Shown piece after piece: positions 28,694 through 39,269 of a stretch of 41,285 bases of DNA (position 1 is its first letter; each line of letters opens with the position of its first letter). The stretch covers positions 1 through 41,285 of the forward strand of contig JAAFKI010000073.1 in assembly GCA_021399345.1 (NCBI GenBank), in the 5' to 3' direction. This DNA is from Candidatus Heimdallarchaeota archaeon (GTDB lineage Archaea > Asgardarchaeota > Heimdallarchaeia > Heimdallarchaeales > Heimdallarchaeaceae). Position numbers and translations under genes: made by a program. The notes below the pieces were generated by a model. That model was not told the origin of the DNA and searched no databases. It worked only from the letters and a program-made list of their open reading frames with translations.

Positions 28694-30052
28694 ATGAACG
28701 ATATAAATATTACAGCTTTCGGTGCTACTGACTATGTGGGAAGAAGTAGTTTTCTTCTACACGATAGAGATCATAATATACTTCTAGACTGTGGTCTGCA
28801 ATTAGTTCCTAAACAATTGTCTATTGCTCCAAAAGGAGTAGATAGTATAGCACACAAAGTTGATTCAGTTCTTTTAAGTCATGCACATATAGATCACTCT
28901 GGTTATATGCCCGCTTTATCTAAGCATGGTTTTAAAGGAAATTACTACATGACTCATCCAACCAAGGAGATAGTTTACAAACTCTGGTTAGATCATCTAA
29001 AAATTGAAGGAAGAAGACATTGGTCAGAGTCTGATTTGGATAAAGCATTTCGAAGAATAAAAACTACAGAATATGAAAAGCCATTCAAAGTAGCAGATGG
29101 AATTACTGCACGTTTAATTAATGCTGGGCATGTTCTAGGAGCAGCTCAAATACTTATCGATTGGGAAGGGACATTGATTCTCTATACTGCTGATATAAAT
29201 GATAGAATAACTCCTATGTTTGATGGATATGATTTACCAGATGAGGAAATAGATATTCTACTGATAGAATCTACTAATGGCGATCGTTATGTGCCTGAGA
29301 GATCAAAGATAGATGTTGGTCTTCGTCTTATGGCTAAGCAAATAACAGATGAAAAAAATAAAATGCTTTTACCATCTTTTGCAGTGGGTAGGTCTCAGGA
29401 AACTTTAATCACCTTAGCTTTAGATGACGATTTGAATGATGTACCTATTTACATTGATGGAATGATTAATCATATGAATATGGTTACAGAGCACTTTCTA
29501 AGTGATAAGTGGGTATCCAAACGTTTTCTCAGTCAGTTGAAAGATGCTGGTCTCTATTCACCTTTCGAAAAACAAAATTTTATTCCTGTTCCCTCAATTT
29601 CAAATAGAACACACAATTCTAGAAAATACATCTCAAAAAATGAAGAGGGCTCAATCATTGTTACTACTTCCGGTATGCTAGAAGGCGGTCCTATTCACAC
29701 TTATTTAGAACTGTGTGGAACCAACCCAAATAATGTTCTAGGATTCACTGGCTACCAAGTAGAAGGGACAACTGGTAGAGACATATTTGATGGGAACAAA
29801 AACATAACACTTCAAACAAGCTATGGGCAACCAAAGAAACTCAATTTAAAGGCAAAAGTAATGAAATTTCCATATTCTGGACATAGTTCAGTAGATGGTT
29901 TGAAAGCAGTTATGGAGAAATCAGGAGCAAATGAGATATTTTTAATTCATGGTGATAAAAGAAATCAAGAATACATTCTCAACTTTGTCAAGGATATTGC
30001 TAAACCAAGAATCCTGAAAGAAGCAGTACCAACCAAGCTAGTGAGTTTGTAA
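28694..30052 (+). CDS. Beta-CASP metallo-beta-lactamase ribonuclease (aCPSF-like, no KH domains)
   Basis: LLDCG, HAHIDH, AGHVLG, IEST, AVGRSQE, SGMLEGG, GYQVEGT, SGH, HG. Confidence 0.9.
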   Translation: MNDINITAFGATDYVGRSSFLLHDRDHNILLDCGLQLVPKQLSIAPKGVDSIAHKVDSVLLSHAHIDHSGYMPALSKHGFKGNYYMTHPTKEIVYKLWLDHLKIEGRRHWSESDLDKAFRRIKTTEYEKPFKVADGITARLINAGHVLGAAQILIDWEGTLILYTADINDRITPMFDGYDLPDEEIDILLIESTNGDRYVPERSKIDVGLRLMAKQITDEKNKMLLPSFAVGRSQETLITLALDDDLNDVPIYIDGMINHMNMVTEHFLSDKWVSKRFLSQLKDAGLYSPFEKQNFIPVPSISNRTHNSRKYISKNEEGSIIVTTSGMLEGGPIHTYLELCGTNPNNVLGFTGYQVEGTTGRDIFDGNKNITLQTSYGQPKKLNLKAKVMKFPYSGHSSVDGLKAVMEKSGANEIFLIHGDKRNQEYILNFVKDIAKPRILKEAVPTKLVSL

Positions 30053-30053
30053 A

Positions 30054-30695
30054 ATGAAAATCAACAATCCTCCTTATCTACAGATAGCTTTGGATTTAGT
30101 TGACAAGACCAAATTGGAAAGAATCTTATCAAAAATTCCAGACTCCGATAAAATTCTTTTAGAAGCAGGGACACCTCTGATTAAAAAATTCGGAATTGAT
30201 ATTGTGAAATTTATTCGTGAATTTCATACATCATCATATATTATTGCAGATATGAAGACACTAGATGTTGGATGGTTAGAGGTTCAGATTGCTGCAGAAG
30301 CATCAGCAAATGCTGTAGCTATCAGTGGATTAGCCCCTAATGAAACACTTGTTTCATCAATTGAAGAAGCAGAAAAAAGAAGGGTTGATATTTTATTAGA
30401 TTGTATGAACGTTGAATCACCATCTACAATTCTTGAAAATTTAACAAAGAAACCAGAAGTTGTACTTTTTCATAGAGGAATAGATCAAGAAGGAGAAGCA
30501 GATCATCCTTGGAATAAAATTAAGCTAATCAAAGCAAAATTTCCAGAAAGTAAAACAGCTGTTGCTGGAGGATTAAATCTTGAAACTAGTGCTCGAGCTC
30601 TCAATAATGGCGCAGACATTATAATTATTGGTAGAGCAATTACTCAAGCAGATAACATTGAAGCCACAATTAATGATTTTCTTCATTTGTTGTAA
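30054..30695 (+). CDS. 3-hexulose-6-phosphate synthase-like protein (OMPDC/HUMPS family; resembles the Hps half of Fae-Hps)
   Basis: PPYLQIALD, EAGTPLIK, ADMKTLD, HRGID, AVAGG, IIGRAIT. Confidence 0.85.
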   Translation: MKINNPPYLQIALDLVDKTKLERILSKIPDSDKILLEAGTPLIKKFGIDIVKFIREFHTSSYIIADMKTLDVGWLEVQIAAEASANAVAISGLAPNETLVSSIEEAEKRRVDILLDCMNVESPSTILENLTKKPEVVLFHRGIDQEGEADHPWNKIKLIKAKFPESKTAVAGGLNLETSARALNNGADIIIIGRAITQADNIEATINDFLHLL

Positions 30696-30717
30696 GAAGA
30701 AAATTATCTTAGATTCA

Positions 30718-31605
30718 TTAGTATTCATGCATTGTCCCCTTATATCTGATTTTTGAATATATTTTTTTGTAGGTTAGATTAAACAGAATTAACATTATTA
30801 TTGACATAAGTATTAACATGACAACTGATCCCCAAACTATACCATTCAAAAGAGTTCCCTGTCCAAATAAACAGAGTCTAAATGATTGAACAGCAAGCGT
30901 CATCGGAGAGATATATGCAATTATTCTCAGCCATTCAGGGAAGAGGGAGAGAGGAAAGAGACTTCCGCTTAATAGATGCATAACACCTATAATTATCATA
31001 GAAATCTCTCTTCCTCTCTTTATTAGTATGGTTACATTTGCAGCCAATAGAGATAGGGAAAAGAAAAAGAAAATGACGCAAACTATAACCAACAGAAAGG
31101 ATAGCACGGATACAAAATTAAGATTGAGACCCCCCTTGAAAATAGGAAAGATTAGGAGAACTGGAATATAATAAATTACTGAAAAAACTAAACTGTACAA
31201 CACTTCAAATGTGATTTCAGAAACAAAATACTTCTTTAGACCAAAAGGTTGGGTTGCCAAAGTTTCGAAAGTTCCTTGCTTCATCTCACTTGTGAAACTG
31301 TTCATTGATTTCCTAAGTATGCGAGTAGATATATCTACTAACATGCTGCCTGCAAAGATATAGGTTACACTACTCACAATGTAACCATCTTGGGTTATAG
31401 TTTGACCGGGAACAAGGTTTCCAATATAAAAGAATAAACTAGCAACAGCGAAAGTATTAACAAAACCCAAAAGCAGTGCAAACTTATATTGCCAAATTAT
31501 CTTTATATTTCTGAAAAAAGTTGCTTTAAACCCCATCCAAAAAGATGTGGAAAAATTTGAATGCTCGAATTTTTCAATTACTTTGATGACTTCATCTGTT
31601 GACAT
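30718..31605 (-). CDS. ABC-2 type transporter permease
   Basis: EMKQGTFETL..QP, SGSLFPLSLFP, SPMT. The ATG overlaps the upstream stop (TAATG). Confidence 0.88.
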   Translation of the reverse strand: MSTDEVIKVIEKFEHSNFSTSFWMGFKATFFRNIKIIWQYKFALLLGFVNTFAVASLFFYIGNLVPGQTITQDGYIVSSVTYIFAGSMLVDISTRILRKSMNSFTSEMKQGTFETLATQPFGLKKYFVSEITFEVLYSLVFSVIYYIPVLLIFPIFKGGLNLNFVSVLSFLLVIVCVIFFFFSLSLLAANVTILIKRGREISMIIIGVMHLLSGSLFPLSLFPEWLRIIAYISPMTLAVQSFRLCLFGQGTLLNGIVWGSVVMLILMSIIMLILFNLTYKKIYSKIRYKGTMHEY

Positions 31606-32468
31606 TAATACCAATCTACCTTATTGTGTTTTTTTGAATGAGCGATGCTTTTAGATGCTAAGAAAATAGCAAAAATTCCTATAACTATTGAAGAAATTAA
31701 CAATATCATGCTATTTGTCAAAATTAGCTGCCAATTAGTTTCATCCGTTAATATTACTGAATGTAAAGCTTCAAGTCCATACGTCAAAGGAAGAGCTCTA
31801 GATACTATCATTGGAAACCCCTTAAGTAATGAAAGTGGAAAAACAATACCTGTGAATGTTCTTGTAAGTTGATAAAGAAGGGGAACTAAACCACTGTTTT
31901 TTTGATAGTATATTGTGAAAGAAGCAAAAATCATGGAAATCGACATATGAGCTATCAAAATTAACAAGAATAGAACGATGACTAACATAACTTCTTGAAT
32001 TGAAATAACATAAAAACTCCCCATGAATAAATAAGCTAAGAATAAAGCTGCAAAAACAGAAAGTGAAGAAAGAACAACACCAGCCAAAGTACTGCCTATT
32101 GAATACTCAATAAAATTGAATTGAAACAGTAAATAAGACCAAGTTCCTGAAACTATTTCATTGTAAATGCTTCCACAAACTGTTGCTAAAGAAGTCCCTA
32201 TGATCATCTGCAAACTTAGACCTAGAAAACAAAATTCTAAATAAGTTGACTGAATCCCAAACACAGTCATGTCTGGGTTCATTTTACCAAAGAAGAAGTA
32301 CATTACGATTGTAATAAGATTAAGGAAAAAAGTCATTAAGTAACTACTTTTGTAACTCAATGCCATTTTTATTTTTGATTTGAAGATGATATTAATTCTT
32401 GAAAAGGGGTTGCTTTTCTTAGATGCACAATTAAATGAATTAAGTACATCAACAAGAGGATAAGTAAT
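31605..32468 (-). CDS. ABC-2 type transporter permease (probable ATT start at 32468; first ATG at 32366)
   Basis: EIVSGTW, GIVFPL, LPLTYG. The frame is open 34 codons upstream of the ATG, reaching an ATT placed after GGAGGA. Confidence 0.8.
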   Translation of the reverse strand: MTYPLVDVLNSFNCASKKSNPFSRINIIFKSKIKMALSYKSSYLMTFFLNLITIVMYFFFGKMNPDMTVFGIQSTYLEFCFLGLSLQMIIGTSLATVCGSIYNEIVSGTWSYLLFQFNFIEYSIGSTLAGVVLSSLSVFAALFLAYLFMGSFYVISIQEVMLVIVLFLLILIAHMSISMIFASFTIYYQKNSGLVPLLYQLTRTFTGIVFPLSLLKGFPMIVSRALPLTYGLEALHSVILTDETNWQLILTNSMILLISSIVIGIFAIFLASKSIAHSKKHNKVDWY

Positions 32469-32470
32469 TG

Positions 32471-33550
32471 CTAAACATCCTCCTCTTGCATTGGGAAAGT
32501 GAAAATCTCTTCTTTTGCTTCAGATTCAAGAGCAGAATTTGTTTTGTTCATAGCTAGAAAAGCTAAGAAAGATTCTTTGAGACTAGGCATATAGGGTGCA
32601 ATTTTGTAGATTTCTCCACTGGCTCGTAAGATAAGTACAGTAATTCTAGAAATCGTTTCATTAAGCGGATACTTAATTGGCTGAATTGTTACCTCATAAA
32701 CGAAATTTAAGCCATCCTTTTCCTTGAGTGAAGTAACCTCCGCTCCAGCAGAATCTCTAACAAGTTTTTTGAAAATCTCTGTAGGTAGTTGAGACATTTT
32801 GAAACCATCGGATGGAAGTGGAGGTAATGAGAAGATTAGATGAATATATTCTTGAATAACTTTCTGCTTGAAGACCTCAGGAGCACAGTCTTGAACGATT
32901 TTTCCTGAATCAATTAGAATCAATCTAGAAGTTAGTTCATCTATTTCTGGAAAATTGTGACTAGTAAGGAGGATTGTTGTTCCAAATTCTCTATTAAATT
33001 CATTTAGTAAATCTTTGGCTTTTTCAGAACTTTCAGCATCAAATCCTAGAGTTGGCTCATCTAACAATAGGACTTTTGGAAAGGGAACTAAGGATCTAAT
33101 GAGAAGGACTTTGGCTTTCATACCTGTGGAAAGTTTCATAACTAGAGCATTCTTTTTCTCCTCCAGATCAAAATAATTCAAGAGGGACTGAATTCTTTTT
33201 TTTGCTACTGGTTTACTTAAACCGCTTAAAGTTCCGTAGAACATCAAATTGTCTAAAACTGATAATCTATAATATAAACTTCGTCCCCCTGTTTCTCCAA
33301 AAACAGCTCCTACAATTTGCCTAATTTTCTTATCTTCTTTAATTGAAATGCCATCAATATAAGCTTCTCCACATGAAGGAAGAAGAAGAGTTGTAAGAAT
33401 CTTTGTAAGAGTAGTTTTACCAGCTCCGTTTGGGCCTAGAAGCCCCACAAATGAGCCTTCTTTGATTTTTAATGATACATTATCTAATGCATTAATTTCT
33501 TTTCCCTTTTTTGTAAATTGTTTACTTAAACTTTCAATCTCTATAGACAC
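32471..33550 (-). CDS. ABC-2 transporter ATP-binding protein
   Basis: GPNGAGKT, LSTGM, LLDEPT, TSH. Confidence 0.93.
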   Translation of the reverse strand: MSIEIESLSKQFTKKGKEINALDNVSLKIKEGSFVGLLGPNGAGKTTLTKILTTLLLPSCGEAYIDGISIKEDKKIRQIVGAVFGETGGRSLYYRLSVLDNLMFYGTLSGLSKPVAKKRIQSLLNYFDLEEKKNALVMKLSTGMKAKVLLIRSLVPFPKVLLLDEPTLGFDAESSEKAKDLLNEFNREFGTTILLTSHNFPEIDELTSRLILIDSGKIVQDCAPEVFKQKVIQEYIHLIFSLPPLPSDGFKMSQLPTEIFKKLVRDSAGAEVTSLKEKDGLNFVYEVTIQPIKYPLNETISRITVLILRASGEIYKIAPYMPSLKESFLAFLAMNKTNSALESEAKEEIFTFPMQEEDV

Positions 33551-33611
33551 ATTACTTAAAATAAACTGAAATATATAAGCTCAACAAAATGAAATTTATA
33601 GAGTTCTCCTT

Positions 33612-34976
33612 CTATCTAACAGAATTATTCAATTCTCCTTTCTTGAAAATGAAGTAAAAAATTACTGTTAATATCAGTATGATTCCAGTAATCCATGCAA
33701 ATAACCAAGGATAGATTGGAGATTTATTGTATAGAACTGTAGACAAATAGGTTGTACTTGTAATACCTAAGAAGAAACCTGTAGTTATAATTGAATAAAT
33801 TACTGAGAAATGCGCTTTTGGTAATTCATAGGTTAGAATTGTAAATACTACTGGAAAAAATAACGCATGTCCAATGTTTTTGATAAATAATATTGCAGCA
33901 TATACATATGGATTGCCTGGAATTAAGTATATGAGCAAATAATTCAAAGTAATGATGACAGATGCTGAAAGAAGAAGCGATTTATTTGTTTTTGGTTTAT
34001 TTGATATTATCCATCCTACAAACGGTGAAATAAGGACAAAACTTAACTGAGATAAACCTAAAATAGTTCCTATCGTTCTTTCGGGTAGAAAAAGGATATT
34101 CTTGCCATAAAGAGAAATTACTGGATCTGTTATACCCGAGATAAATCCAAAGATAATGAAACTTAATGTGAAAAAGATAAATGTTCTAGATTTGAATATT
34201 TTGAAATCAAATTTTGTTTTGTCACCTTTTTTAATATCTATTCTTCTGACAAAATGAATTGTTTCAGCTTTTCCTTCTACAAAAAGAAGTTGAAATACTC
34301 CTAAACCAAAAATTGCTACAATGAAGCCAGATAATAGCATAACATAACCTGGAAGGAAATCTAGAACGAAACCTAAACTTATTGCTCCTATTAGTGTTCC
34401 TAATCTTCCAAAACTAGAGATAAGAGAATTATACAACCCTTTGTACTTAGACTTCAAATCAGACAACAGGGATCTACTGCATAAACCAAAGACATTATTC
34501 GTAAGTCTTAGCATTACAAAAAGCAATGCAAGAAGAGCAGTGTTATCTGTTAAGGCTAGTGAACCTACTGAACCAATCAACAAAATATATGATACTACAA
34601 TAGAAACTTTACGACCAAACTTTTCAACAAGCCAAGCACTTGGAACTCTCCCAATTAGACCCGCAAATGTATAAGCTGTAGCTATAATTCCCCACCGTAT
34701 TAATACTTCTGTTTCAATTCCTGATGTAAAATCATTCAATTCATTGGGAAAGAAGTTATCAAATGACATGAAGAAAGCATAATTCATCATTTGAAAAGAA
34801 ACTCTTTCTTGTATGTAAAGAGGAAATAGTTGTCTTATTGACATAAATACTGCAAAACTGAGAAACTGTGATGTGAAAAAAGCTATTACCTCCCTAGTTT
34901 CAGGAGCTTTAAGAAGAGCTTTGATATTCATCTGAATATCAGTAGGAGGGGAAAGTTCAGTTTCTAAGGTGGGCAT
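33612..34976 (-). CDS. MFS transporter
   Basis: About 12 TM helices in two halves; motif-A-like AWLVEKFGRK. Confidence 0.85.
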   Translation of the reverse strand: MPTLETELSPPTDIQMNIKALLKAPETREVIAFFTSQFLSFAVFMSIRQLFPLYIQERVSFQMMNYAFFMSFDNFFPNELNDFTSGIETEVLIRWGIIATAYTFAGLIGRVPSAWLVEKFGRKVSIVVSYILLIGSVGSLALTDNTALLALLFVMLRLTNNVFGLCSRSLLSDLKSKYKGLYNSLISSFGRLGTLIGAISLGFVLDFLPGYVMLLSGFIVAIFGLGVFQLLFVEGKAETIHFVRRIDIKKGDKTKFDFKIFKSRTFIFFTLSFIIFGFISGITDPVISLYGKNILFLPERTIGTILGLSQLSFVLISPFVGWIISNKPKTNKSLLLSASVIITLNYLLIYLIPGNPYVYAAILFIKNIGHALFFPVVFTILTYELPKAHFSVIYSIITTGFFLGITSTTYLSTVLYNKSPIYPWLFAWITGIILILTVIFYFIFKKGELNNSVR

Positions 34977-35041
34977 TAAATCAACTCAGTCTAATGTGTA
35001 TTTGATTACAAGCAAGATGAACTATAAAAGATTCATTTTCT

Positions 35042-35935
35042 CTACAGAAGCTCAGCATATATTTTTTCTGCTAGCTCATTTGCTTTTTTAGAGTTAGTTA
35101 CAAGTTCGATTTCAGCTGCTGTCTGAATCCCAAGCTTTAGTTCTACAGCTCTCGCTATTTGTTCTTGTTGGAAAATATTACCTCTAGAAACTTCAGGTGT
35201 TGTACCTAGTATTCTTAAGATTGCAACTCCTACAGCATCAATAGCTACTCGATCTGTAGAAGCTAACATTACATTAGCTTCTTTCATAGTACCTCTAGCT
35301 GGTCCACCATCAACAAAAGCAGAAACTCCATCCATTATAATTAAGTCTGGAGTAAATGCTGTGTTTATTTCTGCTATCATTTTTCTTGTGTGTGGAGAAC
35401 TATGCATTTCCCGCATGTGTGCGGTTCCATCTAGATTCCTTCTTGGAACTAAACCAGTAGCGTTCTTCAAACTAAATGTAAAATGCCCCCCAAATTGATG
35501 TGTTTTCAAGCAACATGTCTCAACAATACATTCTGCATCATGATAGATTTTTGCAAACAAAAAGCCATTTTTCCAATGGCTATCGCTTGGAACAATGTGT
35601 ACATATTCTTCTACTGGAACCTCTGCTAAATTTACTACTTCAAATTCTAATTCTTCTGCTAATTCAAACAAACCTTTTTGCTTCATGCAATCATGTGTGT
35701 CAACAGGTCCACTTCGTTCAGCTACAGTAATGTTTTTAGCTCCCATATCGTAAAGTTTGGTGATTATTGATTTCAGAACAACCATTGATGTAGAAGCTGG
35801 AGGAGGATCAGCTGTGTTAAAATTGGGTTTTAGAACAACATTTTTTCCTTTAACAGGGTTGATTCCTAATAATTCTATTACTTGATAAGTCCCTTCTTCT
35901 CTGTTATCAGTATACACGACTGCAACTTTCGACAT
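35042..35935 (-). CDS. DUF362 domain protein
   Basis: VVLKPNF, LKTH, SLKN, IMDG, DRVAIDAV. Start moved to MSKVAVV. Confidence 0.88.
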   Translation of the reverse strand: MSKVAVVYTDNREEGTYQVIELLGINPVKGKNVVLKPNFNTADPPPASTSMVVLKSIITKLYDMGAKNITVAERSGPVDTHDCMKQKGLFELAEELEFEVVNLAEVPVEEYVHIVPSDSHWKNGFLFAKIYHDAECIVETCCLKTHQFGGHFTFSLKNATGLVPRRNLDGTAHMREMHSSPHTRKMIAEINTAFTPDLIIMDGVSAFVDGGPARGTMKEANVMLASTDRVAIDAVGVAILRILGTTPEVSRGNIFQQEQIARAVELKLGIQTAAEIELVTNSKKANELAEKIYAELL

Positions 35936-36039
35936 CGTTATCATGTGAGATGAGAAAAACAACTATATATTGTTTTCTTGTTTTTGATAATCAATTTAAT
36001 GAATAACAAGATTAAAAAAATAAGGACAAATTATAGCTC

Positions 36040-37602
36040 ATGAGTATGGAATTATTTGCAGATTTAATTATCAAGAATGCGAATATTTGGACACTTAATG
36101 ATGAAAATCCCAAAGTGGAAGCTGTAGCTATCTATTCGGACACTATCCTTAAAGTCACTTCAAATGAGGAAGTAGAGCATCTTATTGGACCATCAACTAA
36201 GGTTTTAGATGTAGAAAATAAAACAGTACTACCAGGATTTATTGATGCTCATACACATATTGCATGGAATGGCATGAATAAAGTACATCTTGATTTAAGT
36301 CAGACTAAAAGTCTGAATGAAACATTAGATTTAGTAAAAAATGAAGTTAAGAAAAAGAAACCTGGGGAGTGGATTATAGGTAGATCTTGGGATCAGAGCA
36401 ATTGGTTAGAACAAAGGTATCTGACAGCAGCTGATTTAAACCCTATAAGTCCTGAAAATCCTGTTATACTTCAGCATGTATCTGGACATTTTGTAGTTGT
36501 TAATAACCTTGGTTTCACACGTTTAGGTTTATCTAAAGACCAGAAAGGTGTTGATGTTGATGCGGAAGGAAGGATAATCGGAACATTAAGGGATATAGAC
36601 CTCTCAGATAAAAAAGAAATCCGACCTACTTCTGAGGATTTTATTAAAGGATTAGGTTATGGAATGGATGAATGTTTGAGTCTAGGAATAACTTCTGTAC
36701 ATGATAATATAACCTTCGAGACTTTACTTGCTTACAATTTTCTTGCTAAAAAAAATGATCTGAAGATTAGAGTATATGGTATTGTATATGAAGATATGAT
36801 TGATGAGATAGCTAAGCTGGGAATTGATCGTACATTTGGTGATAAATGGTTTAGAATTGGAGCATGTAAATTGATGACAGATGGAGCCATTAGTTCTCGA
36901 ACAGCTTATTTGTTTGATGATTATGTTGACAAGGAAGGTGAAAAGGGTTTTGCACTATATGATGATCAAAGATTAGATGAGATGATTTTGAAGGTTCAAA
37001 ATGCTGACCTACAAATTGCTGCTCATGCAATTGGTGATAAAGCAATTTTCAAACTGATTTCAGCAATAGAACGAAATTTAGATGCAATTGAATGTAGAAA
37101 TTCCTTGCATAGGATAGAACATGCTGAACTTCTACTAGAAGATGATGCAAAACGATCAAAAGAATATGGACTAGTAATGTCTATGCAACCAAACTTTGTT
37201 TGGAGGTGGGGGATGATTGATGTCAATGGTATGTATGAACAAAGACTAGGGAGAGAAAAAACCATGATTAACAATCCTTTTCGTTGGGTTCTCGATAATA
37301 ATATGTTACTTATTTTCGGGAGTGATGGTATGCCTTTGGGTCCAATATATGGCATTAAAGGAGCAATATTTCATCCTAATGAAGAACAAAGATTATCTCT
37401 GGAAGAAGCAATAAAGTGCTACACATACTATCCAGCTGTAGTATCGAGAGAAGAGAATATCAAAGGAATGATAAAGGAAGGCATGCTCGCGGATATTGTT
37501 ATTCTAAATCGTAACTTAGACGAGATTGAACTAGAAGAATTTCATGATGTTGAAGTGTTATACACGATTGTAGGAGGAAAAATCGCATATAAAAGGGATT
37601 GA
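36040..37602 (+). CDS. Amidohydrolase 3 family (YtcJ-like) metal-dependent hydrolase
   Basis: PGFIDAHTH, SGH..VVN, KLMTDG, HAIGD, HRIEH, GSD, GMLAD. Confidence 0.92.
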   Translation: MSMELFADLIIKNANIWTLNDENPKVEAVAIYSDTILKVTSNEEVEHLIGPSTKVLDVENKTVLPGFIDAHTHIAWNGMNKVHLDLSQTKSLNETLDLVKNEVKKKKPGEWIIGRSWDQSNWLEQRYLTAADLNPISPENPVILQHVSGHFVVVNNLGFTRLGLSKDQKGVDVDAEGRIIGTLRDIDLSDKKEIRPTSEDFIKGLGYGMDECLSLGITSVHDNITFETLLAYNFLAKKNDLKIRVYGIVYEDMIDEIAKLGIDRTFGDKWFRIGACKLMTDGAISSRTAYLFDDYVDKEGEKGFALYDDQRLDEMILKVQNADLQIAAHAIGDKAIFKLISAIERNLDAIECRNSLHRIEHAELLLEDDAKRSKEYGLVMSMQPNFVWRWGMIDVNGMYEQRLGREKTMINNPFRWVLDNNMLLIFGSDGMPLGPIYGIKGAIFHPNEEQRLSLEEAIKCYTYYPAVVSREENIKGMIKEGMLADIVILNRNLDEIELEEFHDVEVLYTIVGGKIAYKRD

Positions 37603-37611
37603 TTTTCTCTT

Positions 37612-38724
37612 TTAGAATTTTTTAATAATAATTGTAATAACATCTTCATCTTGAATAACGTGATCTAAACCTACTCTCTGATTTGGATGTTTCGAACTTT
37701 TACCAGAAACAACTGCATAACGGAATTCTGCTACAAAACTTCTATGTATTTTATTACACACATCTTTAATTGTTGAATTTCGTTTAACAATCAAGGGTTC
37801 TTCATAATCTGTTTTTAGTCCCTGTTTCTTTAGATATATTTTTATCAATTCAAGGCGATCAACTATTTCATCCTTGAGGATTTCGAGATTTTCACCAGTT
37901 AATGCACTGATAATTAAAGCATCTGGAAATTTTTCTTTGATTTTCCTTTTTTGTTTTTTCGAAATTAAATCAACTTTATTTACAATAATAAGAATCTTAG
38001 GATAAACTCGATTACCCTCTAAAACATCTATTAACTCATCAACTGTTGGATCACTGCGAACAGTTACAGCTGCATTCATGATTTTGTATTCTCTTAAAAT
38101 ACCCATGAATGTTTTTTCAGACATGTGTGTAAGCTTAATTAAAGTGGAGAGAGCAATTCCTCCTCTATCTTTCTTTTTTATTTGAATATAGGGTTTTGTT
38201 TTTCCCGGTCTAATTGCAACAGCATGCAATTCATGCATAATTTTCTTATAGTATTCAGTGGGTTTTTTAGGATCCACCATGATTATAATCATATCTGCTC
38301 CTCGAGCAACAGCTAGGACTTCCTTCCCTCTCCCTTTGCCAGAACTTGCCTCTTCTATAATACCAGGTAAGTCGATTATTTGGATTTGTGTCCCCCTGTG
38401 AAACATTATTCCTGGAATAGCTGAAGTTGTAGTAAAATCATAGTGCCCGATTTTTGATTCTTTACTAGTGATGTTGGAAATGAGTGTGGATTTACCTGTT
38501 GAAGGAAATCCAATCAAAACTGCAGAACCATCACCAGCCTTCTTAACATCAAAACCATGCCTACCTCCACCAGACTTGGAAAATTGCGCATCTAGTTTCT
38601 TCCTACGCAATTTCGCAAGCTTAGATTTCAGAACCCCAAGGTGTTGTTCAGTAGACTTGTTCTTTTTAGTTTTCGAAATTTGGTCCTTAATGTCAAGAAT
38701 TTTTTCATCTATAGCTGAACTCAT
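37612..38724 (-). CDS. DRG family GTPase (OBG superfamily, C-terminal TGS domain)
   Basis: GFPSTGKS, YDFTT, DLPG, GKGRG, NKVD, IHR..F.YA, QRVGLDH. Confidence 0.93.
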   Translation of the reverse strand: MSSAIDEKILDIKDQISKTKKNKSTEQHLGVLKSKLAKLRRKKLDAQFSKSGGGRHGFDVKKAGDGSAVLIGFPSTGKSTLISNITSKESKIGHYDFTTTSAIPGIMFHRGTQIQIIDLPGIIEEASSGKGRGKEVLAVARGADMIIIMVDPKKPTEYYKKIMHELHAVAIRPGKTKPYIQIKKKDRGGIALSTLIKLTHMSEKTFMGILREYKIMNAAVTVRSDPTVDELIDVLEGNRVYPKILIIVNKVDLISKKQKRKIKEKFPDALIISALTGENLEILKDEIVDRLELIKIYLKKQGLKTDYEEPLIVKRNSTIKDVCNKIHRSFVAEFRYAVVSGKSSKHPNQRVGLDHVIQDEDVITIIIKKF

Positions 38725-38980
38725 TACTAAACCCTGTTTCTAGCAAGTTTAAGTATAGTAATTCTGAAAAGTATTTAGATTTAACGATTATCGTTGTCTT
38801 GAATTTTCATTGCTGATTGAATATCTGATTAATTCAGTAAAATCATGATAGATTAAACTATTGTCAAAGCATTAAACATTCTTGATATATAAATGTTGTA
38901 CCTATTTTTTCGTCAACCAAGCATTATATTTAAATAATCAATTAATTTAAGATAAACTGAAAATTAGGGGTGGTTTTCAA

Positions 38981-39262
38981 ATGACTGAAACACTTGAATT
39001 AAGTGAAGAAAAAGTAATAATCGCACTGGCAAAAGCTTTATCGTCTCCAACACGGTTTAACATTGTAAAATTGCTTCTTGATAAAGAAATGGATATATCA
39101 ACTATAGCAAAGAAAATGAAACAAACTGAAGCAAATACTTCAGCTCAGATCAAATACCTAGAACGAGCAGGAGTGCTTGATTCAAGGTACGAACCTGGCG
39201 CCCATGGTGTACGTAAGGTCTGTAAGACGAAAGTGAATAAAATAATTCTAAATATACTTTAG
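38981..39262 (+). CDS. ArsR-family winged-helix transcriptional regulator
   Basis: KALSSPTRFNIVKLL, HTH region, LERAG, GVRK wing. Confidence 0.85.
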   Translation: MTETLELSEEKVIIALAKALSSPTRFNIVKLLLDKEMDISTIAKKMKQTEANTSAQIKYLERAGVLDSRYEPGAHGVRKVCKTKVNKIILNIL

Positions 39263-39269
39263 CTTTCTT

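Noticed and set aside
38800-38960. Possible ArsR operator (CTGA-TTAAT-TCAG at 38825-38837)
   Set aside because: The palindrome is too short to be significant in such AT-rich DNA.
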